In this document: piece after piece, positions 12,149 through 24,793 of the stretch
How positions within the stretch are numbered: the stretch's first letter is position 1
Layout of the letters: the number at the start of each line of letters is the position of its first letter
Translations under genes and position numbers: made by a program
The notes under the pieces: model-generated
Databases searched by the model: none
What the model was told of the DNA's origin: nothing
The model's input: the letters and a program-made list of their open reading frames with translations, nothing else
NCBI RefSeq assembly: GCF_964355755.1
Contig: NC_092678.1
Span: forward strand, 13,266,352 to 13,330,351
DNA from: Antedon mediterranea
Taxonomy: Eukaryota; Animalia; Echinodermata
Reading direction: 5' to 3'
Length of the DNA stretch: 64,000 nt

Positions 12149-13023
12149 TTGGGACTCAGTGTTGGTGCATACGGAGGCAGGTCGTGTCGTTAGCAATTTG
12201 TATAGCCTACGTTTTAACACTGTCTGCATAGTTTGAGAGTATAAGTGCAAACAATAATTAAATCCGATATTTCCAGATTTTTACATAAACAGTATCATTA
12301 GATTAATGATTTCTGAAGTAATTGCAATAAATGCGAGGGTAGCCCAATAGTTCAAATCAGCAATTATACCATTATAGGGCCTACAGCAGTTTATATAATT
12401 CGTACCATAAATCGTAATCCGGGTTCTACAACACTTGGTTTAGAAATAATATTAGGAAAATGTTAATATATGATTGCATCATACGTATAACACTTGCGGT
12501 CAAAATTTCCAAACCAAAACACCGACTGGTGAACTAACATAATATTAAGACAATTCCTACATACATGGGGTAAGTATACATAAATCGCTTACTTCCACAC
12601 TACCTATCCCACTTTCTCAACAAAAGCTCTTTCTTGTGTCGTGTAGTGTTCTGTACATCGTGAATTACATATCATATTATATTAAGATTCAGTTTAAAAA
12701 ACGTGTAACCACTCACTTTTAGTAGGATTAAGAAAGTTTAGAAATAATTCTACCCCAATGGTTTAGAAAATCAGTGTTTCTATAAAATTATTTCATTAGA
12801 CGTATTGATGATAATGGTTATCAAACGTCACAACTTTAAAATAATAATAATAGATAGATAGATAGATTTATATAGCGCAGAAAAACAATTTCTATATGCG
12901 CTCGACAACAAAGAGAAAGAATGGAAAACAAAACAAACAAAAATATACCTACAAAATGATTGATGTTTCTGTTTTTGAAAATCACTGATTTTAATTTTCC
13001 ATACAAACACATATATATATATA

Positions 13024-13308
13024 TATGGGGCGCCATAAGCAGCAAAAGTGTGTAGCTGTAAAATGTATGTGTACATTTAAAATGTGTGTGTGTGTAATTG
13101 CAAAATGTATTTGTAAACCTAAAAATGTGTGTGTATTTGTAAAATGCATGTTTGTAATTGTAAAACGTAGTTGTACATTTGTAAAATGTAGTTGTACACT
13201 TTTAAAATGTAGTTGTACACTTTTAAAATGTAGTTGTAACAAGGAATGTACACTTGTAACGCTTGGTTAGAGATCTCTAATCAAGCGTGAAGACCATACC
13301 ATTTCTCG
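13024..13308 (+). repeat. Left TIR of IS3EU element (partner 25494-25778)
   Basis: About three mismatches seen between arms; internal ~21-22-bp repeats tgtagttgtacacttttaaaa and palindrome ttagagatctctaa; weaker symmetry continues ~40 bp inward. Confidence 0.97.
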
Positions 13309-14106
13309 GAAGGGGTTTATCGTCTAGAATGGCTAGATTACCGGCGGCCTGCCACCGCCTGCGAATAACCTCTACGCACCCTCATGGTATTCAGCAAGTG
13401 AGACGAGCATGCACCACATGTTTGGATGGAATCTGGAATGCATACCCATACTTCTTTTAATCGTTGATTAGGGCTATCTATACTATAGTCAACTGTCAGT
13501 GTCATCCTATTGTTGAGGTAGGCAGGCCTACACAGTACAGTATGTAAGTAGCCCATTCCTTAGAGCTGTAAACCAGTATAGGGCCTACTACTAGGCCTAG
13601 CCTAGTACAGCTACAACAGTACAGGGCCTAGCTAGCCTAGCTAGTCTACTAGTAGGCCAAGAGGCATAGGCCTATTATATAGGCACCGCCTAGGCCTAAC
13701 TAGACAAACCGCATAAACTAGCTAATAAATGCCTACATCACGCAGCTTAAGTGTCAGCGTTTACTGTACCTGTCATCAATTTAAAAAAGGATTTATTTGT
13801 TTATACATTTTATAAGGGTCAGACGTGAGCCTACTTATGAGGCCTACTTAAAGCCTAAATCCAAGATTTGCTATTCATGACATAGTTAGTAATAACACAT
13901 TTGGAGTTGATAACAGCAGTATGGCTGGTGTTAGGCTAGCCAAACCTGCAGGGTATGGCCTAGCCTAGTAGTAGTAGCCCAGCTAGTTGTAAGCTAGCCC
14001 CACTAGACCTGAGTAAAACAATCAATATTTTACTACTGAAATAACAAAATGCGATATTCTATTCTTCTTCTTGTAATGTAGAATAATCCTTTAAAATATA
14101 TCTAAA

Positions 14107-14525
14107 CTAGAGGGTACTCCGAGAGTACAAACCTCCGCCTACTGTAAAATTCCCCTACATAAAATTCCCTCCGAAAATGTTTTTTTTTAAACTTTTTTTT
14201 TATTAGTTCTAAAGTGTAAATAGGCTAACTGCACACTACAAAGTTGTGGATGAGAGTTTGGTGTAATGGTTATGTATCCAGCCTCTCACAGTTAAGGTCC
14301 CTGGTTCAAATCCCGCTGAGAGTTTTTTTAATTTTTATATATTTTTTTTTTCGTCCCAGCTTTTGGGGCATAGATCATTGTGTCCAAATTTGGTGGGAAT
14401 CGGATAAAAACTGTGGCCTTCAGGCTGTTCACAGACACACACACACACACACACACACCCACACACGCGCACCCACGCACCCAAACATACAGGGGTGAAA
14501 ACATAACCTCCTTGGCGGAGGTAAC
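14107..14525 (-). mobile_element. Helentron-associated non-autonomous element (HINE/DINE-like)
   Basis: Minus 5' ttacctccgccaaggaggttatgttttcacccc, (GT)n microsatellite, subterminal inverted repeat acctccgcc/ggcggaggt, 3' hairpin gtactctcggagtac then ctag ttt. Confidence 0.8.
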
Positions 14526-14651
14526 AAAATATGAGCTTCACCACTAGTACTGTGTAGTAGGATAGTTAATTCAGTACTGTATCTGTATTGATGAATTTAA
14601 TTATTAATAATAATTTGTTTTGTTTCAGATAACTACTGTAAAAATAAAACC

Positions 14652-16619
14652 ATGGCATCGCTTTCAACAACTGATATAGATAATTTAACCAAATCCCTAC
14701 TATTAAATGACAATTTTTTAACAATCATTCAGAATGTAACTCCAAATGCTCAACCTCAAGAACATAGAAATACTACAAGAAGACCACACCAAGATCTAAA
14801 TAGTGAAATGAATAGTTTATTTACCACACCATCAACAAGATCAAGAAATACCACCAGAAGAAGAACACAAGATAATTCAAGGTCTCGTTCATGCTCTAAT
14901 TCTAGGCAAAACCAAAATTACTTCTACTTAAAAAAAGTCATTTTATTGGATACATCACAAAGCGATCAAATACCCAGGGCAAATTACTATGGAAAACTAG
15001 ATGAAAAAGGTTACTTATTTATTATGATTATTATCCTAATCTACTATGTATTTCAGTTTTTTTATTCAATACTAATAAAAACAAGGCCAACAGCCATAAG
15101 TCGCGTGCTAAAACGCATAGTGATACCGGACCAACAGACAGACCGACCGACCGACATAGTGAACTATAGCGTACACGCGACTAAAAATATTTTTTCTTAC
15201 CAATTTTTGTTTCAGAAACTTTTTTGGCACATTCACTTAAAAAAATGTATTTATAGTCTAAACATTTAAGTAATGAACTTTTTTAAACAAAATTCCTCAA
15301 TTCATGAATAAATATATAAAAAGTATAGAACAGTGTCTTGACTAAAAAATAAATAGATTTTTTTTTCAATCTTTTGAAAGTTGATATACATTTTCAAGGT
15401 TCAACATGGCCTATTTTTGTTTTTGTCTACATGAGAAATCATATTTACTGATTATGTATCATGAAATTTACTTTTAACACTACAGGTCATGTTTATCATC
15501 ATGTTGAACTAGAACAATGCATGACAGCAAAAGAAGTTTACAAAAAATTGGAAAATATGTTTTCAGATATATTAGAAATTGAAAGTGATCCAAATAAGTA
15601 AGTTCTTTTGATTTATTTAAATTTAAAATAAAGTACTGTAACTGTAGTGAAAACTAAAATGTTAAATTTAGTTTACAAGCAATGTTTGATTTGCAAAAAA
15701 ATATTTTGAATAAGTTTTTGCTCAGCGAAAGTGGGATTCTGATTGGTTACAAGCATGACTGATTCATAGAAACAATATTCCAGCTTCCTTTTCATCTTCA
15801 AAAAATTAAACAAAATGCCTTGCAAAATCTTAACTTTGAGCTTTCAATATAATGTGATAGTACCAACATAAGAAGTTTGTTAACCTGTGTGCAATGATAT
15901 GATGTACAGTTAAGATCAGAATAATTTTTGATTGGTCATTACAATATACACACCAGTACATATTCTGAATGTTTTTAATAAATAACTATAATAATAAATG
16001 AACTGTACCTTGATATTTAGGTGCTGAGAGTTTTAAGTCAGAAAAAAAAGAATGCCTTGTGTACAGCTTTCACCTCCCTTCAGTAAATAACATAACATTT
16101 TGTCATCTACATTATTTTTATAAATTATATCTTCTAGGTTTGAGTTTATGATTGGAATGGGTTCACGATTAACTAAACTACGTTTAACTGATGATCAAGA
16201 AAGAAATGCACAGCTTTTGCATCGTTTATATGGAAACAAGAGGGTGTACTTGTTGCCTTCCCGAGATATTGTTAGTACAACTAACATTAACATTAGTGAC
16301 TATTTATTACCTCTTAGTCCTACATCTGATGCAAAAGAAAGTGATACTGAAGCATAAGAGATGGCCTTCAGTATACAGAACTTATGCCATTCATTGAAAG
16401 ATGCAATGAAATGTGTTCCTAATGAAACATGTGGATATGACACCCGAGTTGATGGTAGACATAGTAGAGTGGGATACTCTGGAGAATGTTCATAAAGAGA
16501 AAGAGTGGTTACGGGAAGCAATTAATGAGATGTCATGCCAAGAATTAACATGTATGCTAAAATTTTGTACCAGCTTTACACAGTTCTTTTCTCAAACCAA
16601 AAATGTTGTTGATAGCTGA
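14652..16619 (+). pseudogene. IS3EU accessory gene, internally deleted, with HECT-like C-terminal remnant
   Basis: Phase-compatible exons 14652-15010, 15487-15597, 16138-; stop at 16355-16357 and a frameshift; tail KEWLREAINEMSCQELTCMLKFCTS resembles the HECT C-lobe W..V..M..E....LL.F.TG pattern. Confidence 0.6.
15077..15187 (-). mobile_element. Tiny HINE/DINE-like element in an intron
   Basis: Inverted repeat agtcgcgtg/cacgcgact, (GACC)n core, T-rich flanks. Confidence 0.6.
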
Positions 16620-16660
16620 TCTTATTCAATTGTTATGTTTCTTTGAGCATTCAGAATTTA

Positions 16661-17486
16661 GACAATTTAGTTTTTATTGTAGCAATGATAGCTTTAAAAT
16701 GTTAGTAATTAAGTGCTAACATGTTTAATACAATAATGACATTCAGTTTTGTTATTGTTAATATGTTTTTATTGTTTTAATCAAGCTTAATTCAAAGTCT
16801 TAATTCCAATTTAAAAAAAAATATTTTGCAATTAGTGGCTACATTTTTTTTTTACAATTTTTGTTTAATATTATTGTTGGGAAACACAATCATAAAGTTA
16901 TTTTTATCACATACACAGGGGTGGCGCCAGGACCTTCCCGACGCGGGGGCTACATTCCCCGACGAGGGGGCTATGCGAGCGAAGCGAGCATCACTAGGCT
17001 GGGGGCCAGGGGGCCGCCAAGGGCCCCCGGTGGGGGTCCAGGGGGCAAGCCCCCGGAAGCAACGCGTTCTAGCGACAATTTAGTTTTTATTGTAGCAATG
17101 ATAGCTTTAAAATGTTAGTAATTAAGTGCTAACATGTTTAATACAATAATGACATTCAGTTTTGTTATTGTTAATATGTTTTTATTGTTTTAATCAAGCT
17201 TAATTCAAAGTCTTAATTCCAATTTAAAAAAAAATATTTTGCAATTAGTGGCTAAATTTTTTTTTTACAATTTTTTTTTAATATTATTGTTGGGAAACAC
17301 AATCATAAAGTTATTTTTATCACATACACAGGGGTGGCGCCAGGACCTTCCCGACGCGGGGGCTACATTCCCCGACGAGGTGGCTATGCGAGCGAAGCGA
17401 GCATCACTAGGCTGGGGGCCAGGGGGCCGCCAAGGGCCCCCGGTGGGGGTCCAGGGGGCAAGCCCCCGGAAGCAACGCGTTCTAGC
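16661..17486. repeat. 413-bp tandem duplication spanning the MITE left junction
   Basis: 16661-17073 is almost identical to 17074-17486. Confidence 0.97.
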
Positions 17487-18967
17487 GTCATTTGAGGTCA
17501 TTTAATCAGATTTAGGGTAGCAATTTTTTCCATTTTTTATAATGCATAAATAAAATACTGCGTGCAAAAAAACGATGCGCGATGACTGTTTCAATCCATA
17601 TTTTTCAATTTAAAAAATAAAAGATAAAAGAACATTTAGAAAAATAGAGTTGGAGGTCCCGGAAATTGGACTTATTATACTTCAAAACATGAAACAAAAT
17701 ATATAAGTCCCTATCATGGTTGTGACTGAGCTAAGAAATGTTTGAAAAATAGAGATGTTAGGTTCCGGAAAATGCACTTCTTGTACTTCGAAATATGACC
17801 AGCTTTATTGTTGGGGCTGAGCTAAGAAAATGTTTAAAACTAGAGCTGCAGGTCTTCAAAAAATTGCATTTTATACTTTGGAAACATCAGGCCTAGAGGC
17901 TTAAAAAACGCAAGCGTAGACCTTTTTCAGTCGGGGAAATAAGTTTATTCCTCCCAAGTGTATGCGTGCGTACCATCTGGACTTCCGAGTGGTGAGAAAT
18001 TCATGACATACAGGACATTGAAAATGTAATAACTTAGCTAAAATAAGATGTTGGCTAAGCAAAAATGGCATGTTTTTTTGTTTAGTAATGGATGAAAAAT
18101 TTATTTTAGGTGCCCCACGGTACAGAAGGTTACTTTTAAATTAAAAAATTGGTGAACATACGAACAATTAACATAATTCGTTTTTGCTGTGTGTAGCGTA
18201 CGTCGACGCAGTACACGACGTAACCGCCGTCGGTAAACTTCGCCTGGAAAATAACTACAGTAAACATTTTGGTCCCTGGATGGAACATGATATCACGCGT
18301 CTCGACCCAACGTTGAACGACTCGTACAAAGGGATACCGCCAGACAAGTGCGTACCTAGCTATTGTTTAGTAGTAAGTTAGATCGCTGGCAATAATGAAT
18401 GCATTATAAAGTGCATAATATCACTCTGACGTACTCTCACGGTCAATGAAACGTGGCGGTTTTCTAGGCGCTGAAGCTAGCTACGAAGTGAACGCGAACG
18501 CTTTTTACTGTATATTATATTCCCCGACAAAAAGTACCCGTGTTCCCTTCGATAACCGTCGGTAAACTTCGCCTGGAAAATAACTACATTACACATTTTG
18601 GTCCCTGGATAGAACTTGATATCACGACGCGTCTCGACCCAACGTTGAACGATTCGTACAAAGGGATACCGCCAGACAAGTGCGTACCTAGCTAATGTTT
18701 AGTAGTAAGTTAGATCGCTGGCAATAATGAATGCATAAAAGTGCATAATAGCCCTCTGACGTACTCTCACGGTCAATGGAACGTCGTAGTTTTTGTAGGC
18801 GCTGAAGCTGTATGAAGTGAACGCGAACGTTTTTTACTGTATATTATATTCCCCGACAAAAAGTACCCGTGTTCCCCGACGGGGGGGGGGGGAGGGGGGG
18901 GGGGGGGGGCTAGGCTCCGCGACGAGGGGGCTAGAGCCCCCGTAGCCCCCCGCTGGCGCCACCACTG
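17329..18967. mobile_element. hAT-type non-autonomous element
   Basis: TIR CAGGGGTGGCGCCAG / CTGGCGCCACCACTG; 8-bp TSD CACATACA (17321-17328, 18968-18975); internal ~330-bp tandem duplication (~18221-18878). Confidence 0.9.
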
Positions 18968-21900
18968 CACATACAGTGGTAGTTATATTTTGAACACCAG
19001 TTTTAACATAGTTACATGAATGTTTTAATGATGGAGGGTTTTATTCTTAAATCACATTTAAATATTTATATAATATTGAGAGTTTTTTTCCCTAAAAATC
19101 ATATTATGAATTGCTAATTTATGTCAGACTTCAATACTTGATTTGTATGTATAGAAATTGATTTTCTACTACATCTTAAATGTATAAAGATAATTTCATG
19201 TTACATATCTTCAATGCTTGTTACTTTCATTCATTTAATACCATGTACCACATTTTTTTTTCTTGTACTTTTATACTTGAAATGCATATAAACTATACTT
19301 TGGTAATGTTTGGGTTACTTATAAACCAAAGAATTCATTTCTATTTAAAAAAAAAATGGTTTAGAATAAAAGAACAGCCTCTATAATAAGCTATTTCTTT
19401 GCACTTATCGGTATGTTAAATAATTCCACAGAAATTTTACTTAACATGCTTCTTGTTGTTATTAGATTAAAAACTGATTTTATAACGTATTTATAGTATG
19501 GTACCTTCATGGAGTTTTGCATACTTTTTAAAGTTTGTGATTGTATTTGAAACAACTAAACACTGCATTAAAAGTATTTTTGAGTCTGTCTTATTTTGTT
19601 GTTTGTTTGAACTTATTGAAAGTATACCGCTGCAAAAACAATGTTACAAAGGTCAATTTTGGAAGTTGATGCGACAAATAATATTATTAGTATACTATAC
19701 GAATCATGTACGTGTGTAATTATATTTTTAGGTTATCATTTAGAATAAAATGATTATCTATTATTATTGTAAGAAATCTTTATTGTTATTTTTTTTTCTT
19801 TTTATTGTTTCTGTACACTATTTTGTGTAACGATTATCTCAAAAAGTTCACTCATCTGTGACGTAATTTATACGCAATTTTGTGAAATCACATTATCGAT
19901 CATATCTCTATATTACTTGTAACCACATGTCAATAAAATTCACTATACATAAACTGCATGTCAAGGGTAAAAAGAATAGCAAATAAAATAAAAATTAATA
20001 GTGAAATCGCGCGTTAAAAATTTAAAAAGCTCAAAATTACATTCACCAAATTTGAGTCTATTCCGACTTTAAATAACGCTATACGAGCAGGTTAAAAAAT
20101 GACAAAATGCGCACATTAATTGCACAAAAGTGTCAAAAACGGTAAAAAATAAGGCCTTATATTATATAAATATAACTCTTCAGAATGGACGCTTACTACC
20201 AATTCTTTTAAACTGATTGTGGAAGCCAATGAGTTGGAGTTATGAATGCATCATGTACATATTAGACGTACAAAATTCATCATTTGGCCACATAAATAAA
20301 AAAAATTGGATTTTTTTCGTTTCATCTTAGACAATCATATTGAACAGAGGGCATATCGCTTATCTGTGATCGATTTTCTTTTAATTTTTAATATATTCTA
20401 CCTCAACCAATTATGTTACTCATGAGTTGCCAACATTTCCATTTAGATGATTTCATCATGTCTAAAAATTTAAATAACGCTGATTACGTATTTTCACCTA
20501 CAACGGATATTTGAATACCTTGCAGCTCTTCTGAAATAAAGTTGACCTTGATTGTTATAACTTATTATAAGAGCTTGTAAAATGTAGATATGAATTTATT
20601 TAAAAATTAGGTCTATCGGATGTTGTAACGTTATCATATGGCCAGTTGAAGTTAAAAAGTAGTTTTTTCATCTCTTTCGTCAAAGTTGTACAAATTTTAA
20701 AGAGCGCGCACCACGCTTCTACGTGCCAAATTTTCTTCCAATTGTTATATTTTATTGCTCAATTCATTATCTTTCGATATTGTTATCCACAAGTTTATTT
20801 TGATAATGTTATCAATGCCAAACAATTAGAACATGATGTTTGTCCGTAATTTCACCAATGCTACACGGTATATAGATATACAGTATATACTGTACTTAAT
20901 GTATATGGCATATAATATACACAACTCAGCACTATAAGCGTATAATAGGAAGGCATACATCAACATTTTCCGATCGTATGTTCGCATACGTGCATGTTTA
21001 AAAAATATTAATGTCCATAAAATTATAAAAATGATCAACAATAATTCGTCAAAGTTAAATTAATTTCTAGTTTTTTTTACTTCTATATTGAACATTTGTT
21101 TAGAAGCAATAAAAATCAATTTGTGGGTAATAGGGGTAGACGCAGGGGTGTTGCCTGGGCAATTCCTTCTTTCTGCAAATTTCAATATTTTTTTCTGGAG
21201 TGTTGTTTAGGCAACACTGTTTATACAGTTTATAGTGGATAAATGAAAATAAATTTTGCTAATTGTGGTTTTACTGACTTATTTAGCATTTATTTCAAAA
21301 TAATACAATTAAACGTTTTGCTCAAAATATTTATAGCAGCAGCCTCTTATTTTTTGTTTAGCTTTTTAAAACTATGATTTGATAATAAATAATTTGTACT
21401 CATTATAATTGCTAATTAAATTTAATTAATTAATTCCGGCCATCTAGTGGTGTAATTAAAAAAATTTTGCATCGCTCCTCTATGGGCCAAATATGTGGTT
21501 TTGCGGCTGGACTCTTCTTGGCCAACACCCTTAAAATAGTCCTCTACGACCACCCCTGCCTGTTAAAATTGCATGTTGCAAATCTAGCCAAAATACAATC
21601 GATTTTAAATAGCTTGGATCAGCTCTGTATTTGTTTTGCATTGGGAAATCTGTAACATTCACAACAATTATAGTTTTTACTAACAAAAAAATCATGTCAT
21701 TCAAATTTTGTTAATATAAATTTATTTATGTATAAGTTTCTAGCCACAGTACAATTGAGTTTAGATGAGCTCAGCTCTACCTTTTGTTTGAAGGCTCTGT
21801 GTTTACTGTACGTTATTAATATAGCTATCATAAAAATTTGAGTTTTTACACCAAAAAACTGTTAAAAATCATGTTACTGTATTTATTTAAATAAACACCT

Positions 21901-22378
21901 GAGGATTGTTATGAGTGCAAAGCACTATCCAATCGTATGCTACACCTCAAACAATATAAATTATAATATAAAATAAAACTAAACAATAGATTAAAGCAAC
22001 AACAACACATTTATTTACAGTTAAAATGTTTCATGTGTACAGAAAAAAGCTGCTTAATATAACATTGGAGAGCTGTCGCAAATATGTTGAAAATAATAAA
22101 GAATGTTCTTTTGGAATATCTTACCATACACAGAGACAATTATTATAATAAATATTAGAAAAACTAACTCTCTCGTCCATAGAAAGTAAATTTAAATTAC
22201 CCATTGCACAAAGTTGTATTTGTGCTACAGTAGTATTATATTTTTTCAAAAAAGAAAACCAGACTCTAGTGGTCCTACGGAAACCGGTGAAAAGTCTCAT
22301 TAGAATCAATGTTTGTTAATTTCTAGGGTTGTTTACTATCACTGATCGGAGATAGTTACTAAATGGTTGTTTAGGGGT

Positions 22379-24108
22379 TTACATCATGCCTTCCACTATA
22401 TGAACTAAATTAACATAAATGTCTATACATTGGTCAACATTTGCTTTATTAGCACCTAGTGCATATGATTTAATAAATTGTTCTTGGTTGTTGGTTAATG
22501 GCAATTGTATATATGGAACAACAATCTGTTCATTATTGTTGTCATCAACAGCGTGTGACCCATCTTCATCAATTCCATTGTGAATTAGATCTTGATATTC
22601 TTCAGGATTGGTAAATGCATAAGCATTTAATCCCATATGCCAAAGTTGATTCGGTGAAAGATTATGTTCGCTACTCATGGGATGGTCATTCCAATTGCCT
22701 TCCATCTCTCTTAATGAATCATTAATGAGACTTAAAAATACCGAATGAAGGCAATAAATATGAATCTGGTTTAAGGGCTCAAGAATTCCCAAATTTTCCA
22801 TGTAGTTAAATATACCTTGAAATTATTTAACAACAGTTTGTTTGACATCCAGCCACAGCCTTTCAATTCTTTGATTGTGAACTGATGAACCTGTTATATG
22901 GCTGTCACGATTTAAGCCTATATTGCTTAACATAAAGCGAGCCACCAATACATTCTCGCCTCCTTTATCAGATCTGACTCGTGATGGTAAACCATGCTGT
23001 CCAACAGCTTCTTGAAATAGCTGAAGAACACTCTCTGCTTTGTTATTTGTGCAACATCTAAGATAAACAATCTTGCGTGAATATCCATCAATGCCTCCTA
23101 ATATGACAAAGTTCCAGCAAATTAACTTATGATGGCCATCGATGTGCCTGTAAAACAAAACAAATTGGCTACTCTCTTGAATCATGCATAATAAACTTTT
23201 TGTACTGACGTACATTGTTAATGTTACATGTGTATATTTTCTTATCAATTATATGTACAGTACCTCAACAATAATTCATACAAATAAGTATTATGGGCAA
23301 CTTATTATTCACATCTTAAAAAAGTTCATACTTTTTTTTAAATCTGCTAAATATACTGTATTTATTATTGTTAGTAAAAACATCTACCGTATACTGTAAT
23401 CCTTACCATAAACTATTTGGACTTGCAACATTGTAAACTCTTCTTATAACAGATCTGGTTCGCCTTAATGATCTATTGATTGGGTCAACCTCCATTATAG
23501 AATCCCGAATTAGACTTCTCTGAACATGTACTGTATACGCCTTCTTCTTAATCCACCAATAATTAATTTTTCTCCAGCATCAGGCAATAAAATCAATATT
23601 CTTCATTTAAAAGCTGATCTCTTGAAATATTTGAATAGTAGTTTCTAGTAGAGTTAGGCTGGGAAACGGGCAAACCATATAATCTTCTTCTTCTTCGAAG
23701 TGTATCAACAGAAATCGCTAATTGATGTGCAACAATTTTCCAACTATGAAATATTTCAAATAGTTCTTCAATATTCTCTTTATTAACTATAATCCTTGGT
23801 CGCCCATTAGATGTTTGTTCAGTTTGATGCGATGCAAACCACCTATGATGATCATGATTTCCGTTTATTCTTTCATCATATGAGGCAAAAATAGAATTTA
23901 ATTCAGTAGAAAGTATAACAAATTGTTCAATGGTATCTAGAGGAACATCACTCTCTTGTAACCTTCTTAAAACAATATTAAATAAAATGTTTAACTTCTC
24001 AATCCTAAGATGGCAGTTTTCAAGCACATTAATATTGTCAGATATAAGACCTCTTTGCGCCTGGCATAAAGTTCCTGGTAATTCTCTGATAATTTGCAGC
24101 AAATCCAT
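22379..24108 (-). pseudogene. IS3EU DDE transposase/integrase, inactivated
   Basis: Exons 24108-23407 and 23147-22379; PNSLW|[52 protein letters not shown]. Frameshifts near 23520-23600 and in-frame TAA at 22823. Confidence 0.9.
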
Positions 24109-24324
24109 GGTAAATGCCTGTTCTGAAATAAAAATATGTACAAATTAATTCTTAAAATTTGATTTGAAATAAGAATTATTATTAGCTAGCTAGCCTAGGC
24201 TAGGGCCTTTAGTAGGCCTACTAGTACTACTACTAGGCCCGAGTCTATGGTCTCCAGGGAGGCTATATTTATTATAGGCTAGTACTAGCCTACTAGTAAG
24301 GCTAGTGCCTACTAGGGCCTATAG

Positions 24325-24793
24325 GTCTTCAGTTTGATGCGATGCAAACCACCTAAGATGGCAGTTTTCAAGCACATTAATATTGTCAGATATAAGACCT
24401 CTTTGCGCCTGGCATAAAGTTCCTGGTAATTCTCTGATAATTTGCAGCAAATCCATGGTAAATGCCTGTTCTGAAATAAAAATATGTACAAATTAATTCT
24501 TAAAATTTGATTTGAAATAAGAATTATTATTAGCTAGCTAGCCTAGGCTAGGGCCTTTAGTAGGCCTACTAGTACTACTACTAGGCCCGAGTCTATGGTC
24601 TCCAGGGAGGCTATATTTATTATAGGCTAGTACTAGCCTACTAGTAAGGCTAGTGCCTACTAGGGCCTATAGGTCTTTAGTAGGCCTACTAGTACTACTA
24701 CTAGGCCCGAGTCTATGGTCTCCAGGGAGGCTATATTTATTATAGGCTAGTACTAGCCTACTAGTAAGGCTAGTGCCTACTAGGGCCTATAGG
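24325..24793. repeat. Local duplications of transposase exon-1/intron sequence
   Basis: 24327-24352 copies ~23817-23845, ~24353-24675 copies ~24005-24327, and ~24675-24793 repeats ~24556-24673. Confidence 0.88.

Noticed and set aside
12991-13270. Cys/Lys-rich and QLHF-repeat ORFs (also 25532-25829)
   Set aside because: Translations of the ~21-bp repeats in the IS3EU TIRs.
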